This document shows, piece after piece, positions 55,985 through 64,000 of a DNA stretch of 64,000 nucleotides. A program made the position numbers and the translations under genes. The notes beneath the pieces are model-generated. The model ran no database searches, was not told where the DNA came from, and saw only the letters and a list, made by a program, of their open reading frames with translations. Positions within the stretch are counted from its first letter, which is position 1. Each line of letters begins with the position of its first letter. Origin of the DNA: Desulfonatronovibrionaceae bacterium (GTDB lineage: Bacteria > Desulfobacterota > Desulfovibrionia > Desulfovibrionales > Desulfonatronovibrionaceae); NCBI GenBank assembly GCA_046539845.1, contig JBKHGE010000002.1:1-64000 (forward strand), read 5' to 3'.

Positions 55985-57643
55985 TCAAAACCCAGTGCTT
56001 TTAATGTCCCGTGCTCTGATCTCCGCCCGTTTTATCTTGCCGCTTATGGTCTTGGGCAGTTCGGATACGTATTCCACCACCCTGGGGTATTTGTACGGGG
56101 CGGTAACCTTTTTGACGTGATCCTGGATGCTTTTGGTCAGCTCCTCAGTTGCCTCCCAGCCTTCGCCCAGAACTAGAGTCGCCTTGACCGCCTGCCCACG
56201 CAATTCATCCGGGATCGCGGTCACTGCCGCCTCGATGACCGCTTCATGGGTGATGAGCGCGCTCTCCACTTCAAATGGGCCGATGCGGTACCCGGAACTC
56301 TTTATCAGATCGTCCACCCGGCCCAGGAACCACATGTAACCATCCTCGTCCATCCAGGCCTTGTCCCCGGTGTGGTAAAATCCGTGGTACAGGACTTTGT
56401 CCGTGCGCTCCTGCTCGTACAGGTAGCCGGCGAAAAGACCGAGCATGGGATTGTCGGTCAGATTTATGCATATCTCTCCTTCTTCGCCTGGAGGTACCTC
56501 ATTGCCGTCCGCATCCAAAAGGCAAACAGGCCAGATCGGGCTCGGCTTCCCGATTGAACCTGGCTTGGGCTGCATAAACGGAAAGGTGGCTATAAGCAGG
56601 GTGGTCTCGGTCTGGCCGTAGCCTTCGTATATGGGCAGGCCGGTGCTCTCTTTCCAGGCCTGAAAGACGCTGGCGTTTAAAAGTTCTCCGGCTGTGGTGC
56701 AGTGGCGCAGATGGGACAGATCATAAGCGGACAGGTCTTGGCGAACCAAAAAACGATACACTGTGGGTGGGGCGCAGAAGGTGGACACCTTGTTTCCGGA
56801 GATTATGTCCAAGAGACGGTCCGGCTCGAATTTGCCCCGGAAATCCCAGACAAAGATGACCGCATCCGCCAGCCATTGACCATAGAATTTGCCCCACACC
56901 GACTTGGCCCAGCCGGTGTCGGACAGGGTCAGGTGGATGTCCCCGGGCTCCAGGTCGTGCCAGTACATGGCGGTTACGATATGGGCCAGGGGGTAGGTAT
57001 GCAGGTGCTCGACCATTTTCGGAGGTCCGGTGGTCCCGGAGGAGAAATAGACGAACAAGGAATCGTTCCCACCGGCGCGGTCTGGTCCGGAATGGAAATC
57101 TTCAGAGGCGCTTTCCACCATTCGGGAATAGTCCAGCCATCCCTGGGTCAGAGGAGAGTCTCCCACCTGGAGGAGTACAGTGAATTCCGGGCAGTTCTTC
57201 CGGGCAGCGTCCACCTTGGGCACGGCCGAGTCCTCGATGATCGCTCCCTTTATTGCCGCGAAATTGACCCGGTACTCGATGTCTTTGGTGGTCAAAAGTG
57301 AGGGCGAGGGGACGGCCACGGCCCCCAGCTTGTGCAGGGCGAGCATGCTTACCCAGAATTCCACCCGCTTGTATAGAATGAGCATGACCTTGTCCCCTTT
57401 GCCAATGCCGGATTCGCGCAGGGCGTTGGCCAGCCTGGAGGAAGAGGAGGAAAAATATTTGAAGTCATAGTCCCGGCGTATTCCGCTGTCATCCACGTGG
57501 ATCATGGCCGTTTGATCCGGATTGCTGCGGGCTTTGTCGTCAACTATATCCAGGGCGAAATTGAAGTCCTCCGGGACCTGGATATGAAAATCGCGCAGGA
57601 ATTGTTCATAGCTTTCCGGGCGTATCTTTTTGTGCACTTGCAT
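55985..57643 (-). CDS. AMP-binding acyl-CoA synthetase
   Basis: FSSGTTGPPK, YEGYGQTET, YHTGD, IKSSGYRIGPFEVES, LPKTISGKI. Confidence 0.93.
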   Translation of the reverse strand: MQVHKKIRPESYEQFLRDFHIQVPEDFNFALDIVDDKARSNPDQTAMIHVDDSGIRRDYDFKYFSSSSSRLANALRESGIGKGDKVMLILYKRVEFWVSMLALHKLGAVAVPSPSLLTTKDIEYRVNFAAIKGAIIEDSAVPKVDAARKNCPEFTVLLQVGDSPLTQGWLDYSRMVESASEDFHSGPDRAGGNDSLFVYFSSGTTGPPKMVEHLHTYPLAHIVTAMYWHDLEPGDIHLTLSDTGWAKSVWGKFYGQWLADAVIFVWDFRGKFEPDRLLDIISGNKVSTFCAPPTVYRFLVRQDLSAYDLSHLRHCTTAGELLNASVFQAWKESTGLPIYEGYGQTETTLLIATFPFMQPKPGSIGKPSPIWPVCLLDADGNEVPPGEEGEICINLTDNPMLGLFAGYLYEQERTDKVLYHGFYHTGDKAWMDEDGYMWFLGRVDDLIKSSGYRIGPFEVESALITHEAVIEAAVTAIPDELRGQAVKATLVLGEGWEATEELTKSIQDHVKKVTAPYKYPRVVEYVSELPKTISGKIKRAEIRARDIKSTGF

Positions 57644-57705
57644 GGATACCTCGCATTAGAGATTTTGGTTGCTGATCCGCACTTTTTCCGGATGCACAAA
57701 TCCGG

Positions 57706-58263
57706 CTAGACAATCACATCCAGGAATTTAGCCTCTTTTCCGTCCAGTCCGCGCAGAGCATGCGGCGTCCTGGAGGTAAAATACAGGCTGTCCCCTTCCT
57801 CCATGTGCAAAACGTCCTCCCCGAGCCGGATTTCCAGCCGGCCTCGGAGTATATAGATGAATTCCTGGCCCGGATGCTCGTTAAAGACCAAGTCTTTTTC
57901 CTCCTTGGGGGGCACGGTCACCAAAAACGGTTCCATCCGGCTCTCGGCAAAGCGGTAGGCCAGGCTTTTGTAGTCGTAATCTTCGCGCCGGTCCACATTC
58001 ATCCCTTTACCCTTGCGGACCAGGGAATAGTTGTGCAGATGGGCCTCCTTACCGGATATGAGCACGGTCAGGTCTACACCGGAGGCCTTGGAGACCTCGA
58101 ACAGATAGCTCACCGGGATCTCCACGGTCCCGGACTCGAAAAGCTCGATTTTTTCCCGGGGAAAGCCGGTCTGCCCGGCCAGTTCCTCTGAAGAAAGGTC
58201 CAGGGCATCGCGCAGACCCTGGAGCCGTTTGGCGATTTCCACATATGCGGGTGCTACGGCCAT
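57706..58263 (-). CDS. XRE-family HTH plus cupin transcriptional regulator
   Basis: IAKRLQGLRD...E.G...IPVSYL; MEPFLVTV, HPGQEF.Y, GDSLYF...PH; AAGGAG RBS. Confidence 0.9.
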   Translation of the reverse strand: MAVAPAYVEIAKRLQGLRDALDLSSEELAGQTGFPREKIELFESGTVEIPVSYLFEVSKASGVDLTVLISGKEAHLHNYSLVRKGKGMNVDRREDYDYKSLAYRFAESRMEPFLVTVPPKEEKDLVFNEHPGQEFIYILRGRLEIRLGEDVLHMEEGDSLYFTSRTPHALRGLDGKEAKFLDVIV

Positions 58264-58318
58264 ACTCGTTCTCCTTGCTTTATTCGCGTGTAGCTGAGTC
58301 AAAAATCACGGAAGGGGG

Positions 58319-58347
58319 ACACTATTTTTTTATTTCCCCTTGGTCAA
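58319..58347 (-). promoter_or_regulatory. sigma70 promoter of the XRE / acyl-CoA synthetase operon
   Basis: TTGACC, 17 bp, TAGTGT. Confidence 0.55.
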
Positions 58348-58489
58348 GGGAGGAGGAACCGAGGCTCAAAAGAGATAAACCGGAATAAATCCTCTTCAAA
58401 TGTCGAGGGGCCAGGAACATTCAAGGTCCTCTCAGTTCAGCAGAGGATTTTTGTTCTTTTCTAGGTAGCCGGTTTGTCGGGTATCTTTT

Positions 58490-59488
58490 TCAGACTGACC
58501 TGCATACTCCGGCCAGGAGGGTAGAGGCCAGCTCCAGGGCCTGTACAAGGCTGGTGGGGTCGGCCCGGTCCGAGCCGACCAAGTCGTATCCGGTACCGTG
58601 GTCCACTGAGGTGCGGATAAAAGGCAGGCCCAGGGTAATGTTGACCGCTTCCTTGAAGTGCAGGAGTTTCAAAGGGGCCAGACCCTGGTCATGGTACATG
58701 GCCAGGACAGCACCGTATTCACCGCGGGCGGCGTGATAGAAAACAGTGTCCCCGGGCAGGGGACCGACTGCGTCTATTCCCTGTTTTTCGGCCACTTCCA
58801 CCGCTGGTCGGATGATTCTGCCTTCTTCATCGCCGATTTTTCCGTCTTCCCCGGCATGGGGATTGAGTCCGCAGACCGCGATCCGGGTTTGCTCCGCCCC
58901 CAGGCGGATCAGAAAGTCTCGGGTGAGGCTCAGGCATTTCAAAATCCTTTCCCGGTTTATTAGCCCGGGTACATCCTTGAGCGCCGGATGGGTGGTCACC
59001 AGGCTGACCCGCAGTCTGGATCCGCACAGGTGCATACAAACGTTCTTTTGACCGCTTTTCGTGTATTCGGCCAGAAACTCTGTATGTCCGGAAAAGCAAA
59101 ATCCGGCCCGGTTCAGCGTGGATTTATTGATGGGGCAGGTCACCAGGGCCCAGTCTCTTTTCCGGGACAAAATAGTGCAGGCTAGCTCCAGGCTCTGCCC
59201 GGCCACAAGACCGCCGTTGGTCGTGGCCCGACCGAAAGCGGGTTCGAATTGGGCCTCTGGCTCCAAAAGCCAGATCCCGGGCGGGATCCCGGCGCATACT
59301 GTGTCTACCCCGATCCTGCGCCAGAAAGGAGGACGTCCGGCGTCCTGGCAGTGGCGAAGCAGGGGTTTTTCCGAGCCGATCATCAAAAGCCGGTCGCCTT
59401 TCGGGCACAGCCTCTCTTCCGGGATCCGGACCGCGAGCTGCGGCCCTAGTCCGTTGGGATCGCCCAGGGTGAGGATCAATGCAGACAT
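58490..59488 (-). CDS. pdxA: 4-hydroxythreonine-4-phosphate dehydrogenase
   Basis: TLGDPNGLGP, GHTEFLA, LVTTH, GLNPHAGE, AMYHDQG, RTSVDHGT. Confidence 0.95.
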   Translation of the reverse strand: MSALILTLGDPNGLGPQLAVRIPEERLCPKGDRLLMIGSEKPLLRHCQDAGRPPFWRRIGVDTVCAGIPPGIWLLEPEAQFEPAFGRATTNGGLVAGQSLELACTILSRKRDWALVTCPINKSTLNRAGFCFSGHTEFLAEYTKSGQKNVCMHLCGSRLRVSLVTTHPALKDVPGLINRERILKCLSLTRDFLIRLGAEQTRIAVCGLNPHAGEDGKIGDEEGRIIRPAVEVAEKQGIDAVGPLPGDTVFYHAARGEYGAVLAMYHDQGLAPLKLLHFKEAVNITLGLPFIRTSVDHGTGYDLVGSDRADPTSLVQALELASTLLAGVCRSV

Positions 59489-59493
59489 AGAAT

Positions 59494-59694
59494 TCAGTTC
59501 TTGTCGGAAAGCTGCATGCAGTCCTGATAAAAAAGGCAGTTCTTTTGATCGCAATACTTGTTTCCGGCCCGGGCAAAGCAGTCAAAATTGCCCTCCGCCC
59601 TCTGGATGGCGCGGATGGCGTTGACCTTGGTGCTTCCCACTTTGAAGCTCAATCCGTGTTTTTTGCCCAGTTCTCTTACTTTCTGCATCTTCAT
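59494..59694 (-). CDS. small SAP/Rho-N-like protein with Cys-rich C-terminus
   Basis: IRAIQRAEGNFDCF...CDQ..CLF..DC; GGAG RBS. Confidence 0.78.
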   Translation of the reverse strand: MKMQKVRELGKKHGLSFKVGSTKVNAIRAIQRAEGNFDCFARAGNKYCDQKNCLFYQDCMQLSDKN

Positions 59695-59973
59695 GGCCTG
59701 CTCCGTTTTTGGGGTTGGGCGCGCAATCAGGCGGATTTTATCGCGGGCAAAGCCCGTTATGTGCCGCCCGCCCGGCAGTCCACCCGGTCCTGATAAACCG
59801 GGCAGCCTATAAGCTGTTTGTGCGCGCCAGATCGGGCGCAAAAACAGCATATAAGGCCAAAGGGGTCTTTGGCAACTTCCTGGAAATAGATTTCCAGCTC
59901 TTGGACAACGTTTATGGATTTTTATATTTAATCCATTTCCGGCCTTGGAAAACCAAATCCTTACGCTCCAGAG

Positions 59974-61473
59974 TCAGTCTCCCGCAAGGCTTTCGTAGGC
60001 CCGGGCGTATACCTGGGCCGATTTGGTCCAGGAAAAATCGGTCTGCATGGCCCGCTGCCGCATTTTTTCCCAGATTAATGGCTGGTTCCTGAATATATCC
60101 ACCGCCTGTTCAAGGCATTGCATAAAGGGCTCGAGCCCGAATTTCCGGAAGATGAAGCCATTGGCATCTTTCTCCGGATAGGGAGTGATGGTATCCTTGA
60201 GCCCACCCACAGCGCTGGCCACAGGCAGGGTTCCGTAGCGCAGGCTGTACATCTGGGTCAGCCCGCACGGTTCATAGCGAGAGGGCATGAGAAAAACGTC
60301 AGCTCCGGCCTGGATCTTATGGGCCATTTTCTCGGTATAGCCGACAATCCCGGCGATATTTTTAGGGTGTTGCTCCACCAGCTCCATGAGCCTTGTCTCG
60401 TAGAGGTCTTTTCCCTCTCCAAGCACGATAAGGCCGGCCCCGATCTCCACCAATTTTTGCGCCGCCTCCAGGACCAAGTCTATCCCTTTTTGTCGGCGCA
60501 TGCGTCCGATGAATCCGAAGACCGGCCGGTCAGCGAGTTTTTCCGGCAGGCAGAGCTCCTGCAAGAGGCTTTTTTTGCATTCCATTTTCCCGCTCAGGTC
60601 CCGGAGAGAATAATTGCGGGGCAGGTATCTGTCTTTGCGCGGGTCCCAGATGCTGTAGTCCGCGCCGTTGAGAATCCCCCAGATCTTGTCCTTGTTTTTG
60701 GCCAGCAGACCCTCCATGCCGCAGCCGAATTCCGGGGTGAGTATCTCCGAAGCATAGGTGGGGCTTACTGTGGTGATCAAATCGGAGTAGGCTATTCCAG
60801 CCTTGAGCAGGTTAAAGCTGTTAAAGAACTCCACTCCGTCCATATTCCAGGCCTCGAAGGGGAGGCCGGAATCCCAGAACAGCCTGGAGGAAAATCTCCC
60901 CTGGAAGGCCAGATTGTGAATAGTGAAAACGGTTTTGGTCTCTTTCCAGAAAGCGGAGCTCCTTTTGTTAAAATAGATGTAGGTGTTGCACAGGGCTGCA
61001 TGCCAGTCGTGGGCGTGGACTATGCGCGGCTGTGTCCCCAGCCTTTCCATAAGGGCCACGGCCGCCCGGCAGAAGAAAATGAAGCGTTCGCAATTGTCAA
61101 AGTAGTCCCCTTTGTGCGTGCAGTAGTAGTGTTTGCGGTCGAAATATTCGCCGCGGTCGATGAAAAAGATCGGAATACCGTGGAAATCAGTCCGGTATAT
61201 GTCCGTGGTTATGTCCGGCCAGGGATAGCCCACCGGGCAGTTTTCATAGGCCAGGTTGATACGATACTGGGAGGTGGCGATCCGGCCGTACAGGGGGGTG
61301 ATTACGCAGGCCCTGAATCCGGCGTCGTGCAGGGCCTGAGGCAAAATGCCCACCACATCGGCCAGTCCTCCGCTTTTGGAAAAGGGGTATATCTCGGAGC
61401 TTATATGGAAGATATCCGGAGCGTCCTGGTGTCGGCCGGGATTTTTGGCCTGTGGAGACTCTTTCCGTGCCAT
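59974..61473 (-). CDS. glgA: glycogen synthase
   Basis: PFSKSGGLADV, HAHDWH, TIHNLAFQG, GILNG, QKG.DL, MPSRYEPCGLTQ. Confidence 0.96.
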   Translation of the reverse strand: MARKESPQAKNPGRHQDAPDIFHISSEIYPFSKSGGLADVVGILPQALHDAGFRACVITPLYGRIATSQYRINLAYENCPVGYPWPDITTDIYRTDFHGIPIFFIDRGEYFDRKHYYCTHKGDYFDNCERFIFFCRAAVALMERLGTQPRIVHAHDWHAALCNTYIYFNKRSSAFWKETKTVFTIHNLAFQGRFSSRLFWDSGLPFEAWNMDGVEFFNSFNLLKAGIAYSDLITTVSPTYASEILTPEFGCGMEGLLAKNKDKIWGILNGADYSIWDPRKDRYLPRNYSLRDLSGKMECKKSLLQELCLPEKLADRPVFGFIGRMRRQKGIDLVLEAAQKLVEIGAGLIVLGEGKDLYETRLMELVEQHPKNIAGIVGYTEKMAHKIQAGADVFLMPSRYEPCGLTQMYSLRYGTLPVASAVGGLKDTITPYPEKDANGFIFRKFGLEPFMQCLEQAVDIFRNQPLIWEKMRQRAMQTDFSWTKSAQVYARAYESLAGD

Positions 61474-61498
61474 AAACTGTCCTTGGATGAGGGTTTAA

Positions 61499-61623
61499 CA
61501 GCCCGTTGAAAATCACCCAACGGCTGCGTTACAAGGATTTGTCCCACACTCGGTCAGGGCAAAAAGCCTGACTCTTAACCGCGGATAACTGCGCTTTGTC
61601 CTGGAAAGTTCTCCAGCGGGCTG
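61499..61623. mobile_element. MITE-like non-autonomous element (125 bp) with imperfect terminal inverted repeats
   Basis: left end CAGCCCGTTGAAAATC versus reverse complement of right end CAGCCCGCTGGAGAAC; non-coding. Confidence 0.5.
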
Positions 61624-61700
61624 CGGGATATGCAATTTTTTTATTGCGGGGTTTGGCTTCCCGGGCTCGGCCAATCCAAACGCTTCTTTATGGTCCCCGC

Positions 61701-62159
61701 TCACGGCTCGAGCTGTCTCCGTCTGACCCGGAAGTCTTCGAGTATCCGGGGGTGATCAAAGACAAGCCTTGGCAGGCCGCTGAGAGGGAAAAATCCGGTT
61801 TCTCCGGCGTCGTCTCCGGCCCGGGGCAGGGTATTGTCTTTCGGGTGCGCTGTGAATACTGTACTTAAGGTGTGCTGGCGCGGATCGCGGTCCGGATGAG
61901 AATACACGCCCAGAAGGCCGTCCAGGATCACCTCCAGGCCGGTTTCCTCCAGGGCTTCTCTCTTGGCGGCCTCTTCCGCGCTTTCCCCGTAGTCTACAAA
62001 TCCTCCGGGCAGTGCCCATCCCACAGGCCGGTTTCTGCGCCGGACAAGCAGGACGCGGTCCGGAGGGGTGAATATGATTATATCCACGGTCGGGACCGGG
62101 TTGCGGTAATATGAGACGGGCTGTCCGCAGTGCGGACAGGCTTTGTATTCAGCGGACAT
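61701..62159 (-). CDS. NUDIX hydrolase (ADP-ribose pyrophosphatase-like)
   Basis: CPHCG, YRNPVPTVD, WALPGGFVDYGESAEEAAKREALEETGL, RDPRQH, FDH. Confidence 0.92.
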   Translation of the reverse strand: MSAEYKACPHCGQPVSYYRNPVPTVDIIIFTPPDRVLLVRRRNRPVGWALPGGFVDYGESAEEAAKREALEETGLEVILDGLLGVYSHPDRDPRQHTLSTVFTAHPKDNTLPRAGDDAGETGFFPLSGLPRLVFDHPRILEDFRVRRRQLEP

Positions 62160-62280
62160 GATTTCGGCCTGCAGTTTGTTTGTGCTTTTTTGGTCCCGGT
62201 CCGGTTCATGCCGGGAGTAAAACGCGTATGGCTTTGCCGGGATCAGGAAAATCCAAACTATTTCAATTCTAAGGAAAATA

Positions 62281-63195
62281 ATGTCCATTGACAAGCTTTT
62301 GCTGGTGCACAAGGGGGCGCTGGGGGATTTTTTCCTGGCCTGGCCCGCTTTTCTGGCTGTAGCCCAAGGATTTACCAACACCGCGCTTCTGTGGCACGGC
62401 AGATCAGAATTTCTGCCCTGGCTGGCCCCGCTCGGATTTAAAGGCTGCCCCCCGCAAATCAGAACCGCTCTGGACCGGATGTATTCTGCGGAAAAAATCC
62501 CTGAAGGGCTTGAAAACTGCCGCATACTCTGGTTTGGGGTGGACAAAAAAACGGTCGAAGTCCGCGATCAGCGGTTGAGTTTTGTCCGGGCGGTGCGCGG
62601 CGGCAGGGAGCATGTCCGGGAGGCCTACCAAAAGCAGCTGGCAGATTTGGGCCTGGGATGGCCCGAGCAATGGGAACGAATGTGGAAAGGCTGTTTCGGC
62701 CGGTCCGGATCAGGGTGTGGACGGGTGGTCTTGTTCCCGGGATCGGGGCATCCGGCCAAGAACTGGCCCCGGGTCAAATTTTTTGAACTGGCTGCAGGCC
62801 TGGAGGAAATAGGCCTCAAGCCGGTGTTTGTCCTCGGTCCGGCAGAGAGGGGTTTTGTTCCTTGCCGGTTTGAGGTCCTAACACCCCGCGATGTCCAGGA
62901 GCTCTCCCGGGTCGTCCTTGCTGCGGACGCAGCGGTTGGGAACGACTGCGGGCCCATGCACCTGGCCGGGAACTTCCGCGTCCCGGGAGTGGAGATCTTC
63001 GGACCCACGGATGCCCGGCAGTGGGCGGCTAGGGGGATGATCCCGATTGCAAGCCCTGTTCAATGCGCGCCGTGCTCGCAGACAGCCAGAATCGAGTGCA
63101 AAGATCCGGTGTGTATGCAAAAGATCCGGGTCTCAGCCGTGTTCGATGCCCTGAGGTCTATACACATAGCAAATCAGGGTTCTTCCGGGAAATGA
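62281..63195 (+). CDS. family 9 glycosyltransferase (LPS heptosyltransferase-like)
   Basis: GALGD, PGSG...KNWP, GPAE, GNDCGPMHLA, FGPT, CAPC...C....CM. Confidence 0.88.
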   Translation: MSIDKLLLVHKGALGDFFLAWPAFLAVAQGFTNTALLWHGRSEFLPWLAPLGFKGCPPQIRTALDRMYSAEKIPEGLENCRILWFGVDKKTVEVRDQRLSFVRAVRGGREHVREAYQKQLADLGLGWPEQWERMWKGCFGRSGSGCGRVVLFPGSGHPAKNWPRVKFFELAAGLEEIGLKPVFVLGPAERGFVPCRFEVLTPRDVQELSRVVLAADAAVGNDCGPMHLAGNFRVPGVEIFGPTDARQWAARGMIPIASPVQCAPCSQTARIECKDPVCMQKIRVSAVFDALRSIHIANQGSSGK

Positions 63196-63246
63196 GCGGA
63201 TTTTTTCGATAACACCTCGAAATATAATGCATGAATTTGCCGGACC

Positions 63247-63286
63247 AAAAAAAACCGGCTCTACTGGAGGAGGTAGAGCCGGTTTT
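63247..63286 (-). terminator. rho-independent terminator of the sRNA (may also serve the GT9 gene)
   Basis: AAAACCGGCTCTAC/GTAGAGCCGGTTTT stem. Confidence 0.8.
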
Positions 63287-63322
63287 GCCAAAAGGAGGAA
63301 AAGTGATTTGATTTACGATTTA
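63247..63322 (-). ncRNA. putative sigma54-dependent small RNA (about 76 nt) with CU-rich anti-Shine-Dalgarno motifs
   Basis: sigma54 promoter directly upstream, no plausible ORF, UUUUCCUCCUUUU tract, terminator with CUCCUCCA loop and U8 tail. Confidence 0.65.
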
Positions 63323-63332
63323 GTTAATCTAC

Positions 63333-63348
63333 TGCAAATCCCGGGCCA
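63333..63348 (-). promoter_or_regulatory. sigma54 (-24/-12) promoter
   Basis: TGGCCCGGGATTTGCA on the minus strand with GG-N10-GC spacing. Confidence 0.75.
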
Positions 63349-63524
63349 GGATCTATATTTTGGTTTAGTACATTAAAATCAGGACGTTATCCGTGCAGAC
63401 AGCCGAAAGCGGGGTTTAAAAATTTATACCGTTTTTCCTTTTGTCCGACCCGGCCGGTAAAAGGAGTTCAATAATTTAAACCCCAAGGGTTTCAGTGACT
63501 GTCTGGGGGCGGGCCTTGATCCGG

Positions 63525-64000
63525 TTACTTTTTCCTCCACAGTCTTTCAGACAGGCCATCGGCTGTGATGCGGGCCGGGGCTATGCCTATTTTCAGGGCC
63601 AAAAACATGAACCCGGCCCCTAAAATAGGGACCAGAGCCAGACACATCCAGGGGTGAAGAGTCCGGGCGGCCCCCCAGGCCAGGACCAGGAGCCCCAGAG
63701 ACAGGGCGGCTGTTTGTGTTACCGGCCCGGAGAGATCCCCCCAGCTGCCGATTCTGCGGCGCAGAAATATCCCTAATAGGAGCACGTTGATCCACGAGGC
63801 CAGGCTTGCGGCCAAGGCCAGACCAAGGTGGTTCAGGTGCTGCATGAGCAGGTATCCGGCGCAGATATTGAAAAGCATGCATAAAATGGACACAAACACC
63901 GGAGTCCGGGTATCCTCCAGTGCATAGAACGCCGAAATCAGGGAGCGCACCGCGGAGAAGGCAGGCAGGCCGGAGGCATAGCCCAGAAGGGCCAGGTTGG
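63525..64000 (-). CDS. murJ: lipid II flippase MurJ, C-terminal part (runs off the window)
   Basis: ALLGYASGLPAFS, SAFYALEDTRTPV, H.GLALA.SL. Confidence 0.85.
   Translation of the reverse strand, partial: NLALLGYASGLPAFSAVRSLISAFYALEDTRTPVFVSILCMLFNICAGYLLMQHLNHLGLALAASLASWINVLLLGIFLRRRIGSWGDLSGPVTQTAALSLGLLVLAWGAARTLHPWMCLALVPILGAGFMFLALKIGIAPARITADGLSERLWRKK

Noticed and set aside
60118..61509. 463-aa plus-strand ORF
   Set aside because: Antisense shadow of glgA.
62160..62546. N-terminal extension of ORF 61701..62546
   Set aside because: Overlaps the divergent GT9 gene; the NUDIX protein starts at 62159.
1..64000. CRISPR arrays, tRNA or rRNA genes, integrases, prophage and anti-phage defence genes
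   Set aside because: No spaced direct repeats, tRNA cloverleaf signatures or matching protein motifs seen by eye; tRNAscan-SE, Infernal and DefenseFinder runs would be needed to exclude them formally.

Overview
A 64 kb chromosomal window from a probable sulfate-reducing deltaproteobacterium. The Desulfovibrio-type bacterioferritin, Qmo/Hdr-like proteins and sigma54 promoters suggest Desulfovibrionales (inference). About 55 CDSs are supported; no rRNA, tRNA, CRISPR array or transposase was seen. The left third is accessory: an ars operon, bacterioferritin, an XPF/ERCC4 nuclease, two exported lipoproteins (adenosine deaminase and Tat metallophosphoesterase), RtcB with an RNase Z-like enzyme, and a PHP-GT4 fusion. 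The right third is mostly housekeeping (rsmE, gcvT, mreB paralog, queF, pncC, thpR, tsaC, pdxA, glgA, murJ). The standout is a sulfur-oxyanion island at about 25.7-43 kb. It holds a non-canonical AprA/AprB pair, a single QmoA/QmoB-hybrid HdrA-MvhD protein, a TTT importer, a membrane NarI-like/heme c/double-HdrC protein with HdrB, a Crp/Fnr regulator, rhodanese, TauE, and an octaheme Otr-type cytochrome with cytochrome b. The three core transcription units each carry a TATCG-N6-CGATA palindrome, which fits the unusual Gln-Gln recognition helix of the co-encoded Crp protein. Also found: a sigma54-dependent sRNA candidate with anti-Shine-Dalgarno motifs and a MITE-like element upstream of glgA. 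All product calls come from motif recognition; no database search was run.
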